A stretch of DNA of 64,000 bases from NCBI RefSeq assembly GCF_009914755.1, contig NC_060928.1; one strand, 5' to 3'. Within the stretch, counting starts at the first letter, position 1. Each line of letters begins with the position of its first letter. Under the pieces are notes generated by a model that saw nothing but the letters and a program-made list of their open reading frames with translations, was not told the DNA's origin and did not search any database. A program made the position numbers and the translations under genes. Positions 39,643 through 51,760 of the stretch are shown piece by piece. The stretch is from the human T2T-CHM13v2.0 reference genome, Homo sapiens.

Positions 39643-41914
39643 TGGTTGAGCTTAAAGCCAATGAAAGAGGTCAGACTGGGGGTTGGAGGGATGGGGATAA
39701 AGGAAGGAGGTAGGGAGGGGAGGGGAGGGGAGGGAAGAAAAGAACCTTATTTCCCAGCAGAGCTGAGCATCAGTAAGCCTCTGATGTCGCACAGTGAGTT
39801 GGAGGGACACAAGCACTCGGCCCTATGCCCCACCCACCCCAGGAGCTGTGGGTGGCTTTCAGCACCGCCCCTGCCATGGCACCTCGCAGTGGCGTCCGCA
39901 GCATCAGGGGCTACAGGTGGCTTCACTAGGGATTGGGGCTTCAATATATGAATTTTAGGGGACACAATTCTACCCATAGGGTCAGCATTGAGTATTTGTG
40001 AGTGTTGGGGTACAAGCTGGGGTGCTGTAGGATCGTTCCAATCAACTCAGATGCCTGGGACACTGCTGAGGGGCTGCCTCTGCAGCTGGCCTTTCCTGAG
40101 CCCTCGGGAGGGACTGAGCCTGCTCCTTTGTCCCCAGCATGACCCTGAGCAGCCTTGTTGGGGTGATGAGGGGTGGAATCCAGGCCTGGAGTTGGGGCTT
40201 GAGTGCAGGGGCCATGCTTCCTTTGAGCCCCTGTTCCTGGCATACAAGGGGGTGCACCCTAGTTTTAATGCCAGCTGTGCCAGGCATCCCTTAGCAGTGG
40301 CCACCAGGGGCAATTGTACGTGCAGTGTCGTGGGGAAACCCCGGGACATGGAGATAGGACCTGTGTCCTTCCTGGAGAAACCACTAAGCCATTGTGAATG
40401 TCAAGTCTGCAGGGTTAGCCCCATTTCCCATTGCAGAAACTGAGGCTCACCCTAGGTCATGGCAGCCTGCTGCAGGACTAAGGTTTCCTTCACCTTCAGC
40501 CGGGCTGTCTCTGAGCCTGGCTCACCTCCTCACCCCACTGTGCTGAGATACATCCGGGGCTGGCTCTCCCAGCACAGAGAAGAAGCCATGTCACCTTTAC
40601 TGACAAGTACTTTTCTTATAGAAGCAGGTCCCAAAAGGACCCCGTGTGCTCAGTTCTGGGGGCTGGAAGTCCTAGATCAAGGTATGGGCAGAGTTGGTTC
40701 CTTCCGAGGCTGTGAAAGCAGTTGCATCCTCCTTGTAACTCCCTGCAGGGAGGTTACTGGGTTGCTGAGGGGAAGGGTGCCTAGGCCCTGGTGTCTGAGA
40801 GTGGATCATGTCATCCTGAGCATCCCCTGCCTGTGTGAGCTGACTTCTGCCTCCGTGCCTTGCCTTGTGTGTAAAGAGAGGATCCTACTAGTGCCTGACA
40901 AGGGTTACAAGTTAGAACATCCGGCTAAGTCCCTGGCACATGGTAAACCCTCAATATAGTGTCCATTTTCCAGATGGGAACACTGAGGGTTAGGGAAGTT
41001 CAGAGCCAGGGTTGACCTGAATTTACACTTCCGATGAAGCCAGTATGTGCACTTGGATCATAGTAGATCCATGATTTCTATTTGGATTTTTCTTCTATTC
41101 TGGAAAGGGTTCTGTTTTGCAGGGAGAGATAGATATGCAACTCACAAATAAGTCCATCCATGCATTGGGACTGTGGACCTCAAAACTTGGCTGCCAGAGC
41201 ACGGGGGTCCTCCAGGCTCAGCAGCCATGGGGACAGGCTCGGGGCAGGACCCCGAGGAGGCTGCTGCTCTTGGAAGACGGAGCCGGGCATTTCGAAACTG
41301 GAATTATGAAACAAACTACGACCCAGGATGGAACGGAGCCTGTGCATCCCAGGATGTCCCACAGATGGGAGCATTCTGCATGTGCGTTTTGGGTTACTGA
41401 GAGAAGTGAAACACTGCAGATACGGCAGAGGTGTTTCTCCCCTCCCTCCGCCCCTAGATGTGGCCTTCACACGCAGGCTGATGCGCTCCCTTCCCATCCA
41501 CGCCTGCTCGGTTTTGCCACATATGCCGCTGTGCTGCCGGCCTTGAATGTGTATGAGCGGCTCGTGCTGGGGTCAGCGGAGGCTCGCTCTTCTTCACCCT
41601 GTGTTACGTCCAGGAAACACATCCCTGTACGTAGGCGAGAGTCCACTGTGGGAAGAACCAGCAGTGTGGCTGCTTTCTTTCTGAGGCACAGTTGTGTTTT
41701 GTGCCCCCCACTGTCCTGCTGCTCCGGGCCCTGTGGCGTGCAAGCAAGCAGGGAGAGTGGCCGGGGTGTGGCGCCTGGAGGTGGAACTGCGGCGCAGGGC
41801 AAGGGGCATCTCCCACGTCACCCAGTGTGGCCAAGGCGTGCTTAGGGCCCTGCGCCAGCCAGGCACAGAGAGAGATGCTGGACTCTAGGTTCCTGTAGTC
41901 CAAGGAAGGGTTTT

Positions 41915-43411
41915 GCCTGCCTGTCTTCCTCCCTTCCTTCCTCTTCATTCCCTCCCTCCTTCATTCCTTCTCTTCTCCCCTCCCTCGTCTCCTTCCCTCC
42001 CTCTCTCCCTTCCTTCTTCCATGTCTCCTTTCCTTTCCATCTCCCTCCCTCCCTTCCTCTCTTCCTTCCTTCCTTCCTCCCTCCCTTTCTCTACCCTCCC
42101 TTGCTTCCTTCCTCTCCTTTCCCTCTCTTCCTCTATCCCTTCCTTCCTTCCTTCCTTCCTTATTTCTTGCCTGCCTTCCTGACTTCCTCCGTCCCTGCCT
42201 TCCTCCTTCCCTTCCTTCCTCTCTCTGCCTTCCTCTCCCCTCCCTTCTTCCTCCCTCCCTTCCGTACTTCCTCTCCCCTCCCTCCCTCTTTTCCTTTCTC
42301 TCCCCTCCATCCCGCCCTCCCTCCCTTCCTCTCTTTTCCCTCCCTCCCTCCCTCCCTTCCTCCCTCCCTTCCTCCCTCCCTCCCTTCCTCCCTCTCTTCC
42401 TCCCTCCCTTCCTCCCTCCCTCCCTCCCTCCCTCCCTCCCTTCCTCCCTCCCTTCCTCCCTCCCTTCCTCCCTCCCTCCCTCCCTCCCTTCCTCCCTCCC
42501 TCCCTCCCTCCCTCCCTTCCTCCCTCCCTTCCTCCCTCCCTCCCTCCCTTCCTCCCTCCCTCCCTCCCTTCCTCCCTCCCTTCCTCCCTCCCTCCCTTCC
42601 TCCCTCCCTCCCTCCCTCCCTCCCTTCCTCCCTCCCTCCCTCCCTCCCTTCCTCCCTCCCTTCCTCCCTCCCTCCCTTCCTCCCTCCCTTCCTCCCTCCC
42701 TCCCTCCCTTCCTCCCTCCCTTCCTCCCTCCCTCCCTTCCTCCCTCCCTCCCTCCCTTCCTCCCTCCCTTCCTCCCTCCCTCCCTTCCTCCCTCCCTTCC
42801 TCCCTCCCTCCCTCCCTTCCTCCCTCCCTTCCTCCCTCCCTCCCTTCCTCCCTCCCTTCCTCCCTCCCTCCCTCCCTTCCTCCCTCCCTCCCTCCCTTCC
42901 TCCCTCCCTCCCTCCCTCCCTCCCTTCCTCCCTCCCTCCCTCCCTCCCTTCCTCCCTCCCTTCCTCCCTCCCTCCCTTCCTCCCTCCCTCCCTCCCTTCC
43001 TCCCTCCCTTCCTCCCTCCCTCCCTTCCTCCCTCCCTTCCTCCCTCCCTCCCTCCCTTCCTCCCTCCCTTCCTCCCTCCCTCCCTTCCTCCCTCCCTCCC
43101 TCCCTCCCTTCCTCCCTCCCTTCCTCCCTCCCTCCCTTCCTCCCTCCCTTCCTCCCTCCCTCCCTTCCTCCCTCCCTTCCGTACTTCCTCTCCCCTCCCT
43201 CCCTCTTTTCCTTTCTCTCCCCTCCATCCCGCCCTCCCTCCCTTCCTCTTTTCCCTCTCTTCCTCCCTCCCTCCCTCCCTCCCTCCCTCCCTCCCTTCCT
43301 CCCTCCCTCCCTCCCTTCCTCCCCTTTCTTCCCTTCTCTCTTCCTTCCCTTCTCCCTTCCTTCTTCCCTCCTTTCCTTCCTTCCTTTCTCTCCCCTCCCT
43401 CCCTCCCTCCC
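41915..43411. repeat. ~1.5-kb (CCCT)n/(CCTT)n polypyrimidine array
   Basis: Core 42340-43170 is built of CCCT and CCCTCCCTTCCT units with essentially no purines. Confidence 0.98.
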
Positions 43412-44706
43412 AGCACCTTCACAATAGCCCAGGATGGAACGTACAGACTGACCAGGAAACAAACCCTTGCTTTTCTTCCTACCTATGGGTGAATTTGGGC
43501 AAGTTACCACGTGACGTTGTGCCTCTGGTCTCCCTGCCTGTGAGATGGGGATGACACTTCCTGCCTGACAGGGCTTCTGCGACCCAGCACCAGGTTCAGG
43601 ATGCACCTGGCCCTTGGTAGATGCTGGGGGCTGCCATGTGTTTGTTCATGGATTCACGTTGGGTGGGCTTGGCTCTGTGCAAGGTCCTCCGGAGCCCCCA
43701 CATCCTCCTCTTCCATGTTGGCCCTGGAGGGAAGCGGCTTCTCAGAAGACAGAGTCTGTGCTGTCTCCAGCCATCTTTGGCCTCGGAAATCGCTCCAGTG
43801 TTCCCGGAATCCAATGGCATCCCCACTAGCCAGACATTTCTTCATGCCTAGGGTTCCCAGGAGCCACCCCGCCCTCCCAGAGAGGTTCATGAGGAAGGTA
43901 CTTGGGGCTGGCGGGAGAGGTGGGAGCTGGGGAGACATCTGGAAAATTCTCGATCCTTGAAATTAGTTAAACAAATAATGTTTGCTTTCCTGCTTACCCT
44001 CCAACAACCTGAAGAATGGGGCCCCTGGGACACGTGGGGCTGGGCGTTTTCCTGTGTCTTGTCAGGGTTTCTCCAGAAAGGAGGGTCCCAGGATGGATGT
44101 GGGCAAGGCCCTTGGTGCCTTCGGGACCTGGGCTCTGCAGACTGCATGTGGCTTCAGGCAGGCAGCCCCCAGTGCCTCAGCCTCAGTGTCCTCATCTGTG
44201 TCTGGGGTACTTTCTGGCAGGGTCTTTAAGGACCCCCTGTCTGTGACTCATGAGCTCTGCCTGGTGGTGACAGGCTCTCTGGAGTGACACGGTGTGTGAC
44301 CCTCTAGGCTGTGGGAGGAATTAAAGGAGCCAGGGAAATCATCACTTGGCTGCCAAGCTGGAGGGGGCAGCTGCAGCCCCTACACCTGCTCTCCAGCCCT
44401 TTCTTGGGCCCCCAGGTCCTCCAGAAGTTGTCAACCATCACGGTTGAGTGTCAGGCGAGGCCCCATCATCTTTGTGTCTGCTCAGCAGCTTCTGGGTAAC
44501 TGTGACCCACATGCCAATGCCCCCATTCCAGGTCAGGCTCCCAACCTTGCCCCGCAGGACTCACCACAGCTGTAGGTGCTGTGTGTAAGGATGCATCCGT
44601 GCCTTCTCTCACACACATATGTTCCCCAGCTGTCCAGGGCTCTCCTGCCCTGAGCTCCAGCACCTGTATGAGGCCTGGCACATGGGACATGTACATCCGC
44701 AGCAGA

Positions 44707-45268
44707 CTGAATGAATCTGAGTGAGTGAATGAGGGAGTGAGTGCATGAATGAGTGACTGAATGAATGAGTGAGAGAGTGAGTGAGTAAATGAGAGAGTGA
44801 ATGAGGGAATGAATGAATGAGGGAAGGAATGAGGAATGAGTGTGTGAATGAGTGAGTGAATGAGTGAATGGATGGGAGAGTGAGTGAACGCATGAGTGAC
44901 TGAGTGGGTGAATGAGTGAGGGAGTGAATGAATGAATGAGGAAGTGAGGGAATGAGTGAGTAAATGAGTGAGTGGATGGGAGAGTGAGTGAATGCATGAG
45001 TGACTGAGTGGGTGAATGAGGGAGTGAATGAATGAGGAAGTGAGGGAATGAGTGAGTGAATGAGTGAGTGAATAAGTGAATGGATGGGAGAGTGAGTGAA
45101 TGCATGAGTGACTGAGTGAGTGAATGAGTGAGTGAATGAACGAATGAGTGAGTGAGGGAGTGAAAGAATGAGTGAGTGAATCAGCAAGCAAGTGAATAAA
45201 TGCGTGAATGAATGCATGATGGAGTGAGTGAGTGAATGAATGAATAAATGAGTAAGTGAATGAATGAA
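44707..45268. repeat. (TGAA/TGAG)n simple repeat with ~106-bp higher-order unit
   Basis: Marker gatgggagagtgagtgaaYgcatgagtgactgagtg recurs at ~44871, ~44975 and ~45083. Confidence 0.95.
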
Positions 45269-45295
45269 GTGGCCTGGGGCCTGGGCCTAGGTCTT

Positions 45296-45319
45296 CAGCA
45301 GCAGCAGCAGCAGCGGCAG
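45296..45319. repeat. (CAG)6 CGG CAG trinucleotide repeat
   Basis: Direct reading. Confidence 0.9.
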
Positions 45320-46010
45320 TGGGGCCTGGTCTCTGGGAGCCCCTGCCACACCCCAGCTGGGAGCCCCGAGGCCAAGCCACTGCCCTCCCTTGGCCTCAGT
45401 TTCCCATCAAGGGATGAGAAATGGTTTCCAGATTCCACCCTCTTAGCAGCTGGCAGATATCCACGAGGCACACCTCTTTGTCAGCCCAGTGCTGGGTGCT
45501 GGGAATACCCAGCTCTCAGACCTGTCCCTACTCCTGAAGAGTGTTCAGTGGTGACATGGGGGACCAGCCTTCCACACACCTGACATGCCCCCACTGGGCC
45601 ATTCACGTGCTGTGGGCACACAGGGCAGGGCAAGCCTTAGTGGCATGCAGTCTGCCCATGGGCACAGGTGGGGTTGAGACCCTCAACTGCCACCATAGGG
45701 ATTCTGGGCTTTGCCACTGGGGTGGTGGGGGGGCTATAGAAGTGTTCAGAGCAGGAGTGTGCCAGGCTGGTTTTGTGAGTCCCAGACCCCACTGGTGCAG
45801 GATTGCAGAGGAGTGAGGGCCAGACTGAAGCGGGGAGCTCAGAGAGGATGCTGAAGCCCCTCCAGGCTTCTCAGGGCCAAGGCTGGGTCTGAACATTCCC
45901 TGACACCTGGCAGGCAGCACCTTCCTCCTCCCAGGACAGGAGCGAGATCCCCTGAGGTGCTTGCGCGAGTGCACATTTGGCCAAGGCAGGAAGTGCCCTT
46001 CACAGTGTGA

Positions 46011-46461
<451 letters not shown>

Positions 46462-46808
46462 TGGAAGGTTCTTCTGTTCCCCCTCTTTTCTGCTGGCCAA
46501 AGTCTATGATGCTTTTCCGTTTTCACCTCAAACACACATCACCCCCAACTGCATGCAGTTTTCCGGGAGCCCTGCCCCAGCCTTCTGTAAGCTATGTGCT
46601 CACCTGCTGACTCCTGGACCAGAGGATCTGGACCCACGAGGGCACGGGCAATGTCCGGGCCTCTCTCTAGCCACATGCCCAGCAGCTGGCTTACCACTCT
46701 GTGCCTCAGTTTCTGCCTCTGTAGAATATGTCAGTAAAAGGACTCAGCTCCTAGGACTGCCGGAAAGATGAGGTGAGCAGCGTCCAGCAGAGCGTAAGAG
46801 CTTGGACG

Positions 46809-49800
46809 TGTTAGTGTCAGGCGCCATGTTGGGGTCAGGCTCCGTGTTGGGGTCAGGTGCTGTGTTGGGGTCAGGTGCTGTGTTGGGGTCAGGTGCCGTG
46901 TTGGGGTCAGGCGCTGTGTTGGGGTCAGGTGCTGTGTTGAGGTCAGGAGCTGTGTGTTGGGGTCAGGTGCTGTGTGTTGGGGTCAGGTGCTGTGTGTTGG
47001 GGTCAGGCTCCGTGTTGGGGTCAGGCGCCGTGTTGGGGTCAGGCTCCATGTTGGGGTCAGGTGCTGTGTGTTGGGGTCAGGAGCTGTGTGTTGGGGTCAC
47101 GTGCTGTGTTGGGGTCAGGCACTGTGTTGGGTTCAGGAGCTGTGTGTTGGGGTCAGGTGCTGTGTGTTGGGGTCAGGTGCTGTGTTGGGGTCAGGCTCTG
47201 TGTTGGGGTCAGGCTCCGTGTTGGGGTCAGGCGCTGTGTTGGGGTTAGGAGCTGTGTGTTGGGGTCAGGTGCTGTGTTGGGGTCAGGCACTGTGTTGGGG
47301 TCAGGAGCTGTGTGTTGGGGTCAGGTGCTGTGTGTTGGGGTCAGGCACTGTGTTGGGGTCAGGCACTGTGCTGGGGTCAGGAGCTGTGTGTTGGGGTCAG
47401 GCACTGTGTTGGGGTCAGGAGCTGTGTGTTGGGGTCAGGAGCTGTGTGTTGGGGTCAGGTGCTGTGTTGGGGTCAGGCTCCGTGTTGGGGTCAGGCTCCG
47501 TCTTGGGGTCAGGCTCCATGTTAGTGTCATGCGCCACGTTAGGGTCAGGCACTGTGTTGGGGTCAGGTGCTGTGTGTTGGGGTCAGCTGCTGTGTTGGGG
47601 TCAGGCACTGTGTTGGGGTCAGGAGCTGTGTGTTGGGGTCAGGTGCTGTGTTGGGGTCAGGCACTGTGTTGGGGTCAGGAGCTGTGTGTTGGGTTCAGGT
47701 GCTGTGTTGGGGTCAGGCACTGTGTTGGGGTCAGGCACTGTGTTGGGGTCAGGAGCTGTGTGTTGGGGTCAGGAGCTGTGTGTTGGGGTCAGGTGCTGTG
47801 TGTTGGGGTCAGGAGCTGTGTGTTAGGGTCAGGTGCTGTGTTGGGGCCAGGCACTGTGTTGGGGTCAGGAGCTGTGTGTTGGGGTCAGGTGCTGTGTGTT
47901 GGGGTCAGGAGGTGTGTGTTGGGTTCAGGTGCTGTGTTGGGGTCAGGCACTGTGTTGGGGTCAGGAGCTGTGTGTTGGGGTCAGGTGCTGTGTGTTGGGG
48001 TCAGGTGCTGTGTGTTGGGGTCAGGAGCTCTGTGTTAGGGTCAGGTGCTGTGTTGGGGCCAGGCACTGTGTTGGGGTCAGGAGCTGTGTGTTGGGGTCAG
48101 GTGCTGTGTGTTGGGGTCAGGTGCTGTGTTGGGGTCAGGCACTGTGTTGGGGTCAGGAGCTGTGTGTTGGGGTCAGGTGCTGTGTGTTGGGGTCAGGCGC
48201 TGTGTTGGGGTCAGGTGCTGTGTGTTGGGGTCAGGTGCTGTGTGTTGGGGTCAGGTGCTGTGTGTTGGGGTCAGGCTCTGTGTTGGGGTCAGGCTCCGTG
48301 TTGGGGTCAGGCGCTGTGTTGGGGTTAGGAGCTGTGTGTTGGGGTCAGGTGCTGTGTTGGGGTCAGGCACTGTGTTGGGGTCAGGAGCTGTGTGTTGGGG
48401 TCAGGTGCTGTGTGTTGGGGTCAGGTGCTGTGTTGGGGTCAGGCTCCGTGTTGGAGTCAGGCTCCGTGTTAGTGTCATGCGCCACGTTAGGGTCAGGCAG
48501 TGTGTTGGGGTCAGGTGCTGTGTGTTGGGGTCAGATGCTGTGTTGGGGTCAGCTGCTGTGTTGGGGTCAGGCACTGTGTTGGGGTCAGGAGCTGTGTGTT
48601 GGGGTCAGGTGCTGTGTTGGGGTCAGGCACTGTGTGTTGGGGTCAGGTGCTGTGTGTTGGGGTCAGGCACTGTGTTGGGGTCAGGCTCTGTGTTGGGGTC
48701 AGGCTCCGTGTTGGGGTCAGGCGCTATGTTGGGGTCAGGAGCTGTGTGTTGGGGTCAGGTGCTGTGTTGGGGTCAGGCACTGTGTTGGGGTCAGTGCTGT
48801 GTGTTGGGGTCTGGTGCTGTGTTGGGGTCAGGCACTGTGTTGGGGTCTGGTGCTGTGTGTTGGGGTCAGGTGCTGTGTTGGGGTCAGGTGCTGTGTGTTG
48901 GGGTCAGGTGCTGTGTTGGGGTCAGGCACTGTGTTGGGGTCAGGTGCTGTGTGTTGGGGTCAGGAGCTGTGTGTTGGGGTCAGGTGCTGTATTGGGGTCA
49001 GGCTCCGTGTTAGTGTCATGCGCCACGTTAGGGTCAGGCAGTGTGTTGGGGTCAGGTGCTGTGTGTTGGGGTCAGATGCTGTGTTGGGGTCAGCTGCTGT
49101 GTTGGGGTCAGGCACTGTGTTGGGGTCAGGAGCTGTGTGTTGGGGTCAGGTGCTGTGTTGGGGTCAGGCACTGTGTGTTGGGGTCAGGTGCTGTGTGTTG
49201 GGGTCAGGCACTGTGTTGGGGTCAGGCTCTGTGTTGGGGTCAGGCTCCGTGTTGGGGTCAGGCGCTGTGTTGGGGTCAGGCACTGTGTGTTGGGGTCAGG
49301 TGCTGTGTGTTGGGGTCAGGCACTGTGTTGGGGTCAGGCTCTGTGTTGGGGTCAGGCTCCGTGTTGGGGTCAGGCGCTATGTTGGGGTCAGGAGCTGTGT
49401 GTTGGGGTCAGGTGCTGTGTTGGGGTCAGGCACTGTGTTGGGGTCAGTGCTGTGTGTTGGGGTCAGGAGCTGTGTGTTGGGGTCAGGTGCTGTATTGGGG
49501 TCAGGCTCCGTGTTGGGGTCAGGCTCCGTGTTGGGGTCAGCCTCCGTGTTAGTGTCATGCGCCACGTTAGGGTCAGGCACTGTGTTGGGGTCAGGAGCTG
49601 TGTGTTGGGGTCAGGTGCTGTGTGTTGGGGTCAGGCTCTGTGTTGGGGTCAGGCGCCGTGTTGGGGTCAGGCTTCGTGTTGGGGTCAGGCTCCGTGTTGG
49701 GGTCAGGTGCTGTGTTTGGGTCAGGAGCTTTGTTGGGGTCAGGCACCATCTTGGGGTCAGGCTCCGTCTTGGGGTCAGGCTCCGTGTTAGTGTCATGAGC

Positions 49801-49930
49801 CACTTTAGGGTCAGACGCAGTGTTAGGGTCAGGCTCTGTGTTGGGGTCATGCTCTGTACTGGGTTCAGATTCTGTGTTAGCGTCACATGCTGTGCTGGTA
49901 TCAGGCGCCGGGTTAGCATCAGATGCTGTG
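46809..49930. repeat. ~3.1-kb minisatellite, 18/20-bp unit, roughly 165 copies
   Basis: Unit TGTGTTGGGGTCAGGNNC with optional extra TG; variants GGTGC/GGAGC/GGCAC/GGCTC. Confidence 0.98.
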
Positions 49931-50300
49931 TTAGTCCACTCAGGCTGCCAAAACAAAATACCTGGGACTAGGGGCTTAAACAAGAGTAATTCCTTTTCTC
50001 ACAGTTCTGGAGGCTGAAAGCTTGAGACCAAGGTGTAGGCAGGGTTGGTTTCTCCTGAGGCCTCCCTCCCCGGCTTGCAGATGGCCGCTATCTCCCTGTG
50101 TCCTCACGTGGTCGTCCCTCTATGTGTCTGTTTCCTGATCTCCTCTTCTTATAAGGACATCAGTCCAGTTGGACTAGGGGGCCACCCAAATGTCCTCATT
50201 TGACCTTAGTTACTTTAAATGTCCTAGTTCCAATGACAGTCACATCAGGTATTGGGCTTCAACACAGGCATTTCAGGTGGACACAATTCTGCCCATGACA
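49927..50300 (-). mobile_element. MaLR solo LTR (MLT1A0-like)
   Basis: TGTGTTAGTCCACTCAGGCTGCC ... tctcacagttctggaggctg ... cttataaggaca ... gacacaattctgcccatgaCA. Confidence 0.88.
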
Positions 50301-50323
50301 GGAGCTCACTGGTGTTTGTGATG

Positions 50324-50350
50324 TGAATGAATGAATGAATGAATGAATGA
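50324..50350. repeat. (TGAA)n microsatellite
   Basis: tgaa repeated 6-7 times. Confidence 0.9.
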
Positions 50351-51411
50351 AATTATGCGAATGAGGCATTTCCCTTCTGCTGAGGGAAATCACAGCCACC
50401 AAAGAGTTGGTCTCTGTTTCACATTCAGGACAAGCTGCCCATCCACCTTTACATGCATTTTTTTCCTCTGTTTCCCACCCATAAGCCTGAAGGGTGAGAG
50501 GGGGGGGGCCTCCTTTTGAGGACAGAAACATAAAATGGTCCGGGCACTGTTGTCCCTCCCCACCTGAGGACAACAATGGTGTTTGGAGCTTGGGGGATGC
50601 TTGGAGAAGAAGGTGGCTTCTGTGACCAGCAGCTCTGTCCCCACCTGGGAGAGAGGGTAACGCAGGAAGGGGCTGTCAAGAGCAAACCCTTGGATTTTTG
50701 CTCTGGGCACAGAGGAGATCTGAACAGAGGGAACTGCTGCTCAGTGGCTTTGAGCCAGACCTTGGGTGCCTGCTGCTTGTCCCCCTGTGGCAGGGGTAGG
50801 GGGGTGGAGGGTCATCTCTCGACGATCAGTGTGGAGGGAAGGATCACAGGCTTTGGGGCCTGCAGAATTCCACCCCACCCCACCCTACCCTGGCATTTAG
50901 AAGTGGTTGGCCCTGGGCAAGGCTTCACTGCTCCACGCTCCATTTCACCCCTGGTTGGGTGCACGCAGCCACCTCCAGGGTTGTGGTGAGGGGTGAGTCG
51001 ACGAGGTCAGGGTGAAGGCCGAGCCTGACACTGGGCATGGTGCTGGCAGAGACCTTTCTGTCCATCCCTGCTCCTTGACATTCCAGAATTCCTCAGGACC
51101 CAGCACACAGTAGGTGTCAAAAATGCATGTTGATTGACTGACATCAGTCAACCGGAGTGAACAGCACACGACAGCCCCCGGACAGATTCCCCGCCACCAG
51201 TTAGCTTTTCCCAAGGCATATTCTGTCTTCCCAGCCGCCATGCACTGGACCTGAATCCCAGCCTGTCATCTCCATGTAGATGGCCTCATTGCTGGGTGAG
51301 GTGACTTTATCCCTGAAAGGACATGCAGCCAGGCCTGGAGGCAGAGGCCAGGACTGCAGGTGGGGAGGGACAACAGCACCTGGGCCCCGAGTGGCTTTTG
51401 GCCAGGGAGCC

Positions 51412-51760
51412 GCGTGCCCCAGTGAACATCGCAAGCTGGCAGGTGTGAGCCGCAGCCAGAGGGCCTGGCTCACACCAGGGAGCGTGCCCCAGTGAACACT
51501 GCAAGCTGACAGGTGTGAGCCGCAGCCAGAGGGCCTGGTTCACACCAGGGAGCGTGCCCCAGTGAACATCACAAAGCTGACAGGTGTGAGCTGCGGTCAG
51601 AGGGCCTGGTTCACACCAGGGAGTGTGCCCTAGTGAGCATTGCAAGCTGACAGGTATAAGCCGTGGCCAGAGGGCCTGGTTCACACCAGGGAGCATGCCC
51701 CAGTGAACACTGCAAGCTGACAGGTGTGAGCTGTGGCCAGAGGGCCTGGTTCACACCAGG
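51412..51760. repeat. 70-bp minisatellite, 5 copies
   Basis: Unit GCGTGCCCCAGTGAACACTGCAAGCTGACAGGTGTGAGCCGCAGCCAGAGGGCCTGGTTCACACCAGGGA starting at ~51412, 51482, 51552, 51623 and 51693. Confidence 0.97.

Noticed and set aside
41945-43606. 553/463/420-aa GREG- or PPSL-repeat ORFs
   Set aside because: Simple-repeat translations.
44466-45380. 304-aa HSLTHSF-repeat ORF and adjacent polyQ/polyA from (CAG)6
   Set aside because: Simple-repeat artefact; the CAG tract is short and non-coding.
46802-49971. Up to 712-aa Cys/Gly/Val-rich ORFs resembling keratin-associated proteins
   Set aside because: All three frames are open because the VNTR unit lacks stops; the 18/20-bp units shift frame constantly, so there is no codon-level constraint.
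51412-51760. CRISPR-like appearance (regular repeats with a hairpin)
   Set aside because: Whole 70-bp units repeat with no unique spacers, there are no cas genes, and the context is eukaryotic.
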